IMG/VR virus record: IMGVR_UViG_3300044815_000174 | Location: 1 to 51,868 of that record | Reading direction: 5' to 3' (one strand) | DNA length: 51,868 nt | From: a virus | Taxonomy: Duplodnaviria; Caudoviricetes | Shown here: positions 26,686 to 34,159 of the stretch, in pieces | Layout: every line of letters begins with the position of its first letter | Position numbering within the stretch: position 1 is the first letter of the stretch | Position numbers and translations under genes: made by a program | The notes under the pieces: generated by a model | Database searches by the model: none | What the model was told of the DNA's origin: nothing | What the model saw: only the letters and a program-made list of their open reading frames with translations

Positions 26686-26990
26686 TACGCGGCCACCTCC
26701 GCCCCTCTTACGTCGGCGTAGATGTCGATTTCCCCTACCCACTCGTCTGTGCCGATTCCAAAATTGTCAGCGCGTTGGAGTAAAGCCTCTTGTCGCTCGC
26801 GCAGGCATTGATCGCAATGTCGCTTCTTAGGAATGTCTAAGCGGACGTTGTGGAAACGGGTGAGCGGCTTGGCGTGGTGTCCACACTCTAAAATCGTTTG
26901 CACACTCTCCACGTCGAACCCGCAAAACTTGGCTGGCGTACTCGTTGTGCCGATGACTTTTTTGAGTGGGGCTTTCTGTGTACGCTGCAT
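26685..26990 (-). CDS. First gene of the left early operon, Cys/His zinc-binding protein
   Basis: LECGH...RHCDQC; GAGG ribosome-binding site downstream of PL. Confidence 0.65.
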   Translation of the reverse strand: MQRTQKAPLKKVIGTTSTPAKFCGFDVESVQTILECGHHAKPLTRFHNVRLDIPKKRHCDQCLRERQEALLQRADNFGIGTDEWVGEIDIYADVRGAEVAA

Positions 26991-27012
26991 TTGCTTGTCC
27001 TCTCGCTCGTGG

Positions 27013-27088
27013 TTTATCTAGTAATCATCTAGACAAATAGGATTATAAACTTTATCTAGATAATGTCAAGAGGATTATGGTATAGTCC
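27013..27088 (-). promoter_or_regulatory. PL-like leftward early promoter with TCTAG operators, plus a divergent extended -10
   Basis: Minus-strand TTGACA (27069-27064), 16 bp, TATAAT (27047-27042). TCTAG cores at 27017, 27028 and 27055. Plus-strand TGGTATAGT. Confidence 0.8.
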
Positions 27089-27125
27089 CGAAAAGTAATT
27101 CCTGAGACTTTATTTGGAGGGGCTG

Positions 27126-27491
27126 ATGAGTGAAGAGAAGAGGGAAGGCGGGCGGATAACTCTCGAACAGGCACAGCACTGTTTGATTGGGATTGCCGTG
27201 CGCTCTTTATTTGTAGTAGGCGAGCATCTGCACTGGCAGCACATGCTCAACGATAGTGCTATTAAAATCACTGAGCCGACGCCTGCCACGATAAGCCGAG
27301 AGCAGCTGCACGGCATCATTATGGATAGGATGAATGAGGAGTTCGGAGTCAAGGCGGAGCGCGTTGCCATCGTTGAGGCAACACAGTTGAGAGAACAGGC
27401 AGAGGCTTTAGAGCGTCGCGCAAAACAAGAGCCACCGCCACCACCACCAAAAGACATTGTATGGCCGAGCAGTCTTGTTAAGAGCGGTTAG
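27126..27491 (+). CDS. Hypothetical protein
   Basis: GGAGG ribosome-binding site before MSEEKREGG; downstream of the extended -10. Confidence 0.6.
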   Translation: MSEEKREGGRITLEQAQHCLIGIAVRSLFVVGEHLHWQHMLNDSAIKITEPTPATISREQLHGIIMDRMNEEFGVKAERVAIVEATQLREQAEALERRAKQEPPPPPPKDIVWPSSLVKSG

Positions 27492-28083
27492 CGTTTGGAA
27501 GTTCTGACTTGAGGCGGCTAATAGCTGTATCTATCGCGGTATGGAATCTCTGCCGTTTACAATAAAGAGTTTTACTGTAAACGATGTGATCTTCTCTGTT
27601 GCCTGCGATGGCCATTGTTCGTGTGACAGGGTAGCGCGTTTCATGCGGGCGCAGTTCATCAAGCGGAATGCAATAAGCAGTGAGGTCGAAGCCTGTATCA
27701 TTCTTTAGTTTTTCCAGAATGTCGTTGTGCTGAATGACAGTAGCTTGCTCGACATTGGCATTGGGTAGAAATCTTTTGATTGATTCGAGTTCGATAAGTG
27801 ATTGTTCGTATCTTTTTTGGAGGGGCGTGAGAACCGGCGATGCTTTGTTTTCAATTAGAGAACGGCGCACAAAGAGTTTATTGAACCACCTGTATGCGCC
27901 TTTTATAGCAAAGAGGGAAACAGCGGTGCCGCTAATGAAAAGACAGGCAATAAAGTATCTATAACCGAGGACTTCCTTATGGAAAAAATAAAAGTACGCA
28001 GACGTCACGCCTGCTGCCGATGCGAGGATACCCAGTGTAGTGAGGAGATTGCCCATGAAGTTGATGAGCCTACCCTTTTTCAA
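27478..28083 (-). CDS. Membrane protein with two N-terminal TM helices (lysogen-expressed moron candidate)
   Basis: Two hydrophobic segments; AT-richer than the flanking genes; downstream of the repressor operon. Confidence 0.65.
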   Translation of the reverse strand: MKKGRLINFMGNLLTTLGILASAAGVTSAYFYFFHKEVLGYRYFIACLFISGTAVSLFAIKGAYRWFNKLFVRRSLIENKASPVLTPLQKRYEQSLIELESIKRFLPNANVEQATVIQHNDILEKLKNDTGFDLTAYCIPLDELRPHETRYPVTRTMAIAGNREDHIVYSKTLYCKRQRFHTAIDTAISRLKSELPNANRS

Positions 28084-28190
28084 ACCGCGTTCATATTCTT
28101 TATGTTTGGCTACTCCGTTGGGATATTTGTTTTTATGTGGCTAAATGGCAAGCTACCTTCCCTCTGGGCGCCTCTCTGGTGAGAAGTTAA

Positions 28191-28496
28191 TTAGCGCACG
28201 CGCCCCAAGCCGCTGAGTCCAATTCCAAGCACGAATAGCAGGACAAACATTGCTATGGCGATGATGAAGGGAACCAGCCACGCCAGAATCACGCCCAATG
28301 CAATCGTGCGCGACCACCCACCTCGATAGACTTCAACGGTCAGGTTGAACCGTTGAAAGTATTTGCCACAGTTCGGACAGTCTTCCGCGTTCCTGGAAAT
28401 CATCTTTCCACAGTCAGAGCAGGGCAAAAGATTCGCTCCGTATTGGACAGGCTGTGCCGGTGGCGTTGCGGGGCTGTTCAGGTCAAGCATGCTCAT
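28191..28496 (-). CDS. Zinc-ribbon plus TM protein
   Basis: CSDCGKMISRNAEDCPNCG followed by a long hydrophobic helix. Confidence 0.8.
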   Translation of the reverse strand: MSMLDLNSPATPPAQPVQYGANLLPCSDCGKMISRNAEDCPNCGKYFQRFNLTVEVYRGGWSRTIALGVILAWLVPFIIAIAMFVLLFVLGIGLSGLGRVR

Positions 28497-28524
28497 GATG
28501 AGGTGTTCCTTTGTGGGAGGTTAA

Positions 28525-29001
28525 TTATTTCTTGCCCGCTTTTCTTTGAGGCGGCGCTGCGCTGGTTGGAGTCGTCGCCACGACGCGACAATCTTCCATC
28601 ATTACGCTTCCGATCTTCCCATTTCCTTTACATCGGAAGGTTGCTGTTTGGCCGTTTTGCAGGGATGCCAGCGATTGAACTTGATCGTCTTCAAACTCAC
28701 ATTGCACATAAAACATTACTGAACCTGTTCCACTGTCGAGCAGAACCCGCCCACCACTAATTAAACCTTTTGCAATGTGGTCAACCTTACCCGTTACATC
28801 AATGATACGGCCTTTGAAGGAATTGTCTGCGGCGACCTCATTGCTCTGATAGCTTTTGAATAAAGCTTCAGCCGTAACCTGCCTCTCCGCGCTTGCCGGC
28901 GCACTGCTGCTGCTTGTAGAAGTTCCGCCCTGAGAGCAAGCCAGCACAAAAAATAGCCACATCCCAAACACAAGAATCAGAGGGCTGTTTTTGATGTTCA
29001 T
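28525..29001 (-). CDS. OB-fold (tRNA_anti-like) lipoprotein
   Basis: Lipobox VLAC; VTAEALFKSYQSNEVAADNSFKGRIIDVTGKV motif. Confidence 0.85.
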   Translation of the reverse strand: MNIKNSPLILVFGMWLFFVLACSQGGTSTSSSSAPASAERQVTAEALFKSYQSNEVAADNSFKGRIIDVTGKVDHIAKGLISGGRVLLDSGTGSVMFYVQCEFEDDQVQSLASLQNGQTATFRCKGNGKIGSVMMEDCRVVATTPTSAAPPQRKAGKK

Positions 29002-29031
29002 GGCTGTGAGGTGTTCCTTTGGGTAAGGGGA

Positions 29032-29460
29032 TTATCGAACATCGTGAATGCAGTAGGTGACAACTCCCCACGCTTCACATCGCTGCTCTTTATGAATTTC
29101 TTTTGGCCGCATCCGTTTGTTACCCGGTATCAAGAACAGCCGCCCGCCGACTCGTGAGAACTTCTTGACTGTCAAAGCCCCGTCAACATCGACGACAACG
29201 ATGCTGCTAGAGTGCGGCTGTATTGCGCGATCTACAACAATCAAATCGCCAGAATGAATTTCATCATCTTCCATTGAATCTCCCGTTACAGTTAGGCCAT
29301 ACGTCGCATCGGGATTAACAATTAGCCGCTCGTTTAGGTCTATGTAGTCAGCTTCATCTATTGATTCGGCATGTCCGGCAGGCACGCTCCCTGCAAATAG
29401 AGGAATGTGTAAAGCGTCGGCTAACTGTTTTGGATTAAATACAATTTTAGCTGTAAGCAT
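29032..29460 (-). CDS. Stand-alone S24 (UmuD/LexA-type) autopeptidase without a DNA-binding domain
   Basis: VPAG cleavage site, VTGDSM (catalytic Ser), TVKK (catalytic Lys), WGVV. Confidence 0.9.
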   Translation of the reverse strand: MLTAKIVFNPKQLADALHIPLFAGSVPAGHAESIDEADYIDLNERLIVNPDATYGLTVTGDSMEDDEIHSGDLIVVDRAIQPHSSSIVVVDVDGALTVKKFSRVGGRLFLIPGNKRMRPKEIHKEQRCEAWGVVTYCIHDVR

Positions 29461-29462
29461 TG

Positions 29463-29768
29463 CTATGCCGCACCTCGCTTCTTATTCTCAGTCTGTACTT
29501 GCCCGCCATTGTGCATAACGCGCCGCTCCTTCTTCTTGCGCTTGCTACGATCAAGAATTCTCTTTTCCTCAAGAGGAAAGAGCTTTTCAAATCCCTCGGC
29601 GTCCTGTTCCTTAGCCTCACGTATTTGATTCCTGATGAATTGATAAGCAAGCGCCGTTGCGTTTCGGTTCCCCTTAATAGACGCCGCCACATGGAACTCA
29701 ATAAGCTCCGTCAGGGTCACTGGAACAGTAAATAGTTTTGGTTTCTCTTTCACCATAGTATCTAGCAT
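29463..29768 (-). CDS. Putative repressor, ribbon-helix-helix-like (start uncertain, 29768 or 29756)
   Basis: KLFTVPVT beta strand followed by two helices; cI position, divergent from the cro-like gene. Confidence 0.6.
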   Translation of the reverse strand: MLDTMVKEKPKLFTVPVTLTELIEFHVAASIKGNRNATALAYQFIRNQIREAKEQDAEGFEKLFPLEEKRILDRSKRKKKERRVMHNGGQVQTENKKRGAA

Positions 29769-29870
29769 ATATCTAGATGTTGCTTTTGGATATACCATAA
29801 CGAAAAATCCTCTTGACATTATCTAGTGAATCTTTTAGAGTGCTTTATCTAGATAGCTTCTAGACGGAGG
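29755..29870 (+). promoter_or_regulatory. PR/PRM-like divergent promoters with five TCTAG operator cores
   Basis: TTGACA (29813-29818), 17 bp, TAGAGT (29836-29841). TCTAG at 29761, 29772, 29822, 29848 and 29859. Minus-strand TGGTATATC. Confidence 0.8.
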
Positions 29871-29874
29871 GAAC

Positions 29875-30066
29875 ATGCACAAGAAAAAAGACAAAGTGAT
29901 TTTCGTTCTAGCCGATGGCGAGTTTCATGCGCGCGTAAATGCGGCTGCCGAAATCGCCACAGAGGGGAACATTTCCCGACTCACGCGGGAGGCGCTGAAC
30001 GAAAAGATTGAGCGCCTTGCTGAACTTCATCCGCAACATCGGAAGCGCCTCGCGCAGGCCGCCTAA
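29875..30066 (+). CDS. Cro-position ribbon-helix-helix protein
   Basis: DKVIFVLAD...HARVNAAAE...NISRLTREAL RHH pattern; GGAGG ribosome-binding site. Confidence 0.72.
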   Translation: MHKKKDKVIFVLADGEFHARVNAAAEIATEGNISRLTREALNEKIERLAELHPQHRKRLAQAA

Positions 30067-30073
30067 CCCCTAA

Positions 30074-30322
30074 ATGCAAACCACAACCAGAGAAGCGCAC
30101 AGATATAAAAAGAGCCTCGATAAGTTAACGGCTCAGGTTTGCAAATATCTTGCGCGGCTGGATGAGTTGATGAAACAGCCATCGTCAAACGAGCGCGGTC
30201 AGGAAGTCGCGAAGCTATCGAACGCGCTTGATATGGCAAATGACGCGGCGATGCACCTTGACCTCAACATGTCATTTCAGCAAATCAACAATCGTAAGAA
30301 GAAGGCTGCTCGAAAATCTTGA
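30074..30322 (+). CDS. Hypothetical helical protein
   Basis: ORF directly after the cro-like gene. Confidence 0.65.
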   Translation: MQTTTREAHRYKKSLDKLTAQVCKYLARLDELMKQPSSNERGQEVAKLSNALDMANDAAMHLDLNMSFQQINNRKKKAARKS

Positions 30323-30349
30323 TGCAACCCACTTCCCCTAAAGAAACCA

Positions 30350-31163
30350 CAGGGCTAACACACGCGACAAAGCGGAATCTTCCCCTTCGCAAAGCCCGTC
30401 CTAAAACGTTTTAGGTGAACCGGAAGCATTGCCTGAATCAAGATTTGTCACAGTGCATGGTCGGCACTCTGAAAGCGCGGATAACAAGACCTGTCGGTGA
30501 GCCGCATCGGACTTGCGATGCTGGCAATGAGTCCGGCGAAAAGTGCGACACCGCGACGTAGGTAAAGACGATAACTAAACCTGTGTTAGCCGAGCATCCT
30601 CAACATGTCCTTCGTGACTAGAGGCAATCGGCGCAATTTTCGATCTTTCAAAAGTTATCACGCGCCTGTAAGCAATCGGCTATATGCCAGATTGTTAGAG
30701 CTTCGGCTCTCCGGTGCAGCCGCCCACCAGAGCGGAGTCCGGCGCGGTGAAGTTTCGCCGTCAGTAACCAGCGCGGGGCGAACAAATGCGGCGGAGATGC
30801 TGGCAGTCATCATTTACTGCTCACCTTTGCAACGTCCATCTCGGGATGGGTAGCGGCTGTAAGCCGGACGAGAGTAACCGGCAACCTTTGATCTTTGACG
30901 ACATACCACAATAAGGGTTCGACGGTGAGCGAGTGTCGCGTTGCAAGAGGCACATACTCACCGGCGGGCTGGCTAAGACCGAAGCAAAGGGTTCGCGCCT
31001 GAGCTTTGGAAACTGACCAGCGCGCCGACTGAATCCGCATACGAGCAACGTCTGGAACTACCCGACTATAAATGCATAGTCGGACAGCCCAACCAGCGTT
31101 ACAGAGCGGGGCTTGCTTTCATGCACGCTGAACGGGCGCGAATAAATGCGGCATGTAGCCCTG
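30350..31163 (+). ncRNA. Candidate large structured non-coding RNA (about 815 nt)
   Basis: About 1 kb without a credible ORF, many nested helices, and a cUUCGg tetraloop. The 5' end CAGGGCTA pairs with the 3' end TAGCCCTG. Confidence 0.7.
30398..30418. repeat. Dispersed palindrome, copy 6
   Basis: GTCCTAA-AACGTT-TTAGGTGA; perfect 16-bp palindrome at 30400-30415. Confidence 0.85.
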
Positions 31164-31352
31164 CTCCTTAATCTCCGAATGCGGCGCAAGCCTGATGCGA
31201 GTTATCAAAACAACCTTTCAGTTTGTTTACAGCTTGATCGCCTGCGCAGGCGCGCTGTGGCTCTGCCTATACCACGACGACCAACTCTGACAGCGCACAC
31301 TTTAATGATTTCAACTTTCAATCTCTAGTCCAAATTCAAAGGTATTTTTGGA

Positions 31353-31832
31353 GTGTCAAAACAGAAGCGACCACACCGGCCATTGACTCAGCAAACCAAA
31401 GACGCCCTTGAAGGGATCGTCAAACCGGTAGCTGACGAGATGGGCTTTGAAGACGGCTCATATCTTTACAAGATTCTCTCCGACACCGGCTCGGCCTGCG
31501 ACCATTACGCACACTTCAAACCACTGTTTCGCAGCGTCGCGCGAGTCTCATTAAGCCGCGCGCGAATCTGGCTGAACGACCTCAACGCCATATTTCAAAG
31601 GGAAGCAGAGAAGCAATCCAAAGAGTCGAACTTTCAGGCGCAGAGCAGTCGAGCGTTAGAGATGCTGGCGAAGGCCAATTCGATTTTAGCGGACAAGAGG
31701 ATTGAGACACTGACGCGGGATGAACAGAAAGCAATGAGCGGAGCTTTTAGAGAGGCATCGCAGGCCGCCGAGATGGCGAGCATTCTGGTTGAAGATTCGA
31801 TGAAGAGGGAAGCGGAGATGGCGCTTCAATGA
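31353..31832 (+). CDS. cII-like HTH regulator (by position and fold pattern)
   Basis: IVKPVADEMGFEDGSYLYKIL HTH-like segment with a helical C-terminal domain; lambdoid cII position. Confidence 0.5.
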   Translation: MSKQKRPHRPLTQQTKDALEGIVKPVADEMGFEDGSYLYKILSDTGSACDHYAHFKPLFRSVARVSLSRARIWLNDLNAIFQREAEKQSKESNFQAQSSRALEMLAKANSILADKRIETLTRDEQKAMSGAFREASQAAEMASILVEDSMKREAEMALQ

Positions 31833-31835
31833 GGT

Positions 31836-31900
31836 TGGCGGGCTTTCGCGCTTGGCTTATCACATTCTCCCGATCTGATGTCTGAGTGCCAAGCCCGCCG
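31836..31900. terminator. Long hairpin between the convergent cII-like and propeptide genes
   Basis: GGCGGGCTT pairs with AAGCCCGCC; an alternative CTTGGC/GCCAAG pairing also exists. Confidence 0.55.
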
Positions 31901-31904
31901 ACGG

Positions 31905-32084
31905 TTAGAGGATAAAGCTGATGATCGAAGAGGCGAAAGTAAATCCGGCATCTTCGATGTCGCCCATCACATTGGAAACAGGCGGCGGTGCGAATCCGGC
32001 ATCTTCGATGTCACCGGCAAAAGCCGTCACCGGCAGCGACAAGATGACGGCCAGAAGCAAGAGCGTCAGAAACTTTTTCATCAT
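31905..32084 (-). CDS. 59-aa secreted signalling propeptide MMKKFLTLLLLAVILSLPVTAFA-GDIEDAGF-APPPVSNVM-GDIEDAGF-TFASSIISFIL
   Basis: Perfect AAAGGAGGT ribosome-binding site, classical Sec signal ending in A-F-A, and an octapeptide repeated twice. Below the 60-aa cutoff of the ORF track. Confidence 0.88.
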   Translation of the reverse strand: MMKKFLTLLLLAVILSLPVTAFAGDIEDAGFAPPPVSNVMGDIEDAGFTFASSIISFIL

Positions 32085-32128
32085 GGACCTCCTTTCACTC
32101 GAAGTTAGACGAACCTTTTCACTTTAAC

Positions 32129-32785
32129 ATGTCACGAAACTTAGCGGAGACAAAAAACAAGGCCCTGGCGCACGCGCTCAATGATGCGATTGGGCTGCGC
32201 GCGGAAGGCCGCCCGCGCGAGGCGTTAGTTCTCCTTGATTCGCACGCCGCAGAGTTCGAGCGTGGCGACGATCTCTACCGCGCCAAGTATCACAACGGCC
32301 GGGCGCTCAGTCTCAAAGCTTTGAAGCAATACAACGAAGCGTTCCGAGAGTTTGAATTAGCAAAACATTTTTATGGTCTGGCGGGCGACATTCCCCGCGT
32401 TGGTTTATCCGAAAGTAATATCTCAAATCTCTATCTCCAAAATAGTAATACCCGGCTCGCGAAAGATCATCTCTTCAACGCAATTTCCATTTTCCAAACT
32501 TACAAAGAGACGGTTTTTCTCTCACAGGCTCACGAGAATCTGGCGCGAATCTTCTACATCGAGGGCGATTACAGGCAGTCTGCCAGAGCCGCGTGGTTGG
32601 CCTACAACGCGCTCTTAGACGAAGCCTATGAGGTCATCGCGCCGAGAGCCAGAGAAGAGGCCAGAAAGACTCTGGACTGTGCGCTCGACGCTGTTGACGG
32701 GCTAACCACTCAAGACATTCAACGAACTCGCGAGCGAAACGTGTGGGAGCGTCTGCTCGCGTGGCTGCACCTTAAACGGGTGTAG
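32129..32785 (+). CDS. TPR protein, candidate intracellular peptide receptor (RRNPP/Rap-like, no HTH)
   Basis: TPR helix pairs with groove Asn residues (YHNGRA, SESNISN, AHENLAR); 44 bp from, and divergent to, the propeptide gene. Confidence 0.8.
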   Translation: MSRNLAETKNKALAHALNDAIGLRAEGRPREALVLLDSHAAEFERGDDLYRAKYHNGRALSLKALKQYNEAFREFELAKHFYGLAGDIPRVGLSESNISNLYLQNSNTRLAKDHLFNAISIFQTYKETVFLSQAHENLARIFYIEGDYRQSARAAWLAYNALLDEAYEVIAPRAREEARKTLDCALDAVDGLTTQDIQRTRERNVWERLLAWLHLKRV

Positions 32786-32786
32786 C

Positions 32787-32836
32787 GGGCAAGTGGCGGT
32801 GCGTGCGGGGTGAGGACGCAAGCACCGTCACTGCCT
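32787..32836 (+). other. Strong RNA hairpin after the TPR gene
   Basis: AGTGGCGGTGC...GCACCGTCACT stem with an inner TGCG/CGCA pair. Confidence 0.5.
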
Positions 32837-32936
32837 TACTCCAAGGCGAGCGGCGGGCGCGCCGGTTGTGGACTCCAAGCGAGGGGGCGGAGTTGACACA
32901 CTCAGAGAGGGGTGATCAGTCCCAAGTCCCAGACGG

Positions 32937-33341
32937 GTGAAGATGAAGCTCACGACTCAAGAGTTGAGCGATGCTGCGTTAGAGCTTCTGATCGAACTCG
33001 AAAGCTCGCGCCTCGAAGTCGTGCTCATCCCCGCGCCGGAACAACGACACTCCTGCCATTCGGTGCGAGCAGTTCAGGAGTCGAATGCCGAGTGGTACCA
33101 GAAAATGTGCAAGCGCCACCTCAGACGCCGTAAACGTTATTCAAAGCCCGACACCCTCATCAACCGAGCACACACGATCAAGGCCCTGGAGCGAGTCATG
33201 GAAGGTCGAATTGACAGCCTGTACGCCGAACGGTTGATGCCCTTCATCAAGGAAAAGGCACAGGAAATGCGGGGGGGGCGCTTCGATTCTTATTCCGAGC
33301 AGCGCGTCGAGTCGGCGAGTTGTTCACCAGTTGGAGGTTAG
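32937..33341 (+). CDS. Hypothetical protein
   Basis: 134-aa ORF in the early right operon. Confidence 0.6.
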   Translation: MKMKLTTQELSDAALELLIELESSRLEVVLIPAPEQRHSCHSVRAVQESNAEWYQKMCKRHLRRRKRYSKPDTLINRAHTIKALERVMEGRIDSLYAERLMPFIKEKAQEMRGGRFDSYSEQRVESASCSPVGG

Positions 33342-33344
33342 CGC

Positions 33345-33563
33345 ATGAGTGAAGTCGAATCGGAAATACGACGCAAACATAACCAGTTGAGCGCAGACCT
33401 GGCCGCGCGTATCCGTGAATTCCAGGAAGAGACCGGGTGCGCGGTTCTCAGGATCGCTGTGCAAAACGGCGGTGACAAGGCGGGCATCCCGCGCCTCATC
33501 GGCGTTGCCGTCGAGATCGAGGTTGACGCGCTTGATGAGCAGCGCGCAGTTGAAAGTGAGTGA
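33345..33563 (+). CDS. Hypothetical protein
   Basis: GGAGGT ribosome-binding site. Confidence 0.65.
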   Translation: MSEVESEIRRKHNQLSADLAARIREFQEETGCAVLRIAVQNGGDKAGIPRLIGVAVEIEVDALDEQRAVESE

Positions 33564-33573
33564 AAGGAAAATT

Positions 33574-33789
33574 ATGGCAGAGAGAATCAGAGGCAAAGTG
33601 AAGTGGTTCGATGGAGAGCGCGGGTTCGGGTTCATCCTGGGAGCCAAAGGCAGCAAAGACATCTTCGTCCATTACAGCGCGATCCAGACCGAGGGGTTCA
33701 AGGCGCTATACGAAGGCGAAGAGGTTGAATTTGAAGTCAGCCAGACGCCCAAAGGTCTGCAAGCCGAGAACGTCGAGCGGCTGTCATAG
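33574..33789 (+). CDS. cspA: Cold-shock protein (CspA family)
   Basis: [15 protein letters not shown] (RNP1), [10 protein letters not shown] (RNP2) and KGLQAENV. Confidence 0.95.
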   Translation: MAERIRGKVKWFDGERGFGFILGAKGSKDIFVHYSAIQTEGFKALYEGEEVEFEVSQTPKGLQAENVERLS

Positions 33790-33818
33790 CCAATTCACCA
33801 GCTCTAAATTTTACACAC

Positions 33819-33843
33819 ACCACTTAAAAACGTTTTAAGTGGT
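33819..33843. repeat. Dispersed palindrome, copy 7
   Basis: ACCACTTAA-AAACGTT-TTAAGTGGT. Confidence 0.85.
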
Positions 33844-33937
33844 TCGACTGGAAGCGTCTTGATCCGCGGTGCCGAGAGGCGCTTCCAGCAAAACTTCATC
33901 GGCATCGCTTTAACGACATGAAAGGACATTCAGACCC

Positions 33938-34102
33938 ATGGAAGAGCGAAATAACGCACCACAGCAGCAGCAACAGCAGGGCGACCAGCCGCAGGAGCCG
34001 GGTAACGCGGCGCAGCAGCCGCAGGAGACCTCGCAGCAGGAAGTGAAGACGCAAACCGCAGAGGTCTCGGAAACGACGACGAAGCCGACTGAGGCCGACT
34101 AA
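33938..34102 (+). CDS. 54-aa Gln/Glu-rich disordered microprotein (MEERNNAPQQQQQQ...KPTEAD)
   Basis: AAAGGA ribosome-binding site; clean ORF filling the gap; absent from the ORF track. Confidence 0.55.
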   Translation: MEERNNAPQQQQQQGDQPQEPGNAAQQPQETSQQEVKTQTAEVSETTTKPTEAD

Positions 34103-34159
34103 GACGGGGCGTTGGCGGGAGTTCGTGCTCGAGTTGCACGAACTCCCGCCAACGAATTT

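Noticed and set aside
29032-29460. umuDC mutagenesis operon
   Set aside because: No umuC or Y-family polymerase in the genome, and the gene sits at the repressor position.
30350-31163. Group I/II intron, tmRNA or tRNA cluster
   Set aside because: No interrupted gene, domain V, cloverleaf or tag reading frame could be recognised by eye; an Rfam scan is needed to exclude these formally.
30605-31328. Short ORFs in the ncRNA region as real genes
   Set aside because: No ribosome-binding sites or protein-like features. A 31-aa hydrophobic ORF at 31195-31290 is possible but unsupported.
31878-32127. Plus-strand ORFs 31878-32108 and 31921-32127 with repeated motifs
   Set aside because: They are shadows of the minus-strand propeptide, which has the ribosome-binding site and signal peptide.
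33938-34102. Pup-like modifier
   Set aside because: It is disordered and acidic but lacks the C-terminal GGE/GGQ, and no PafA is present.
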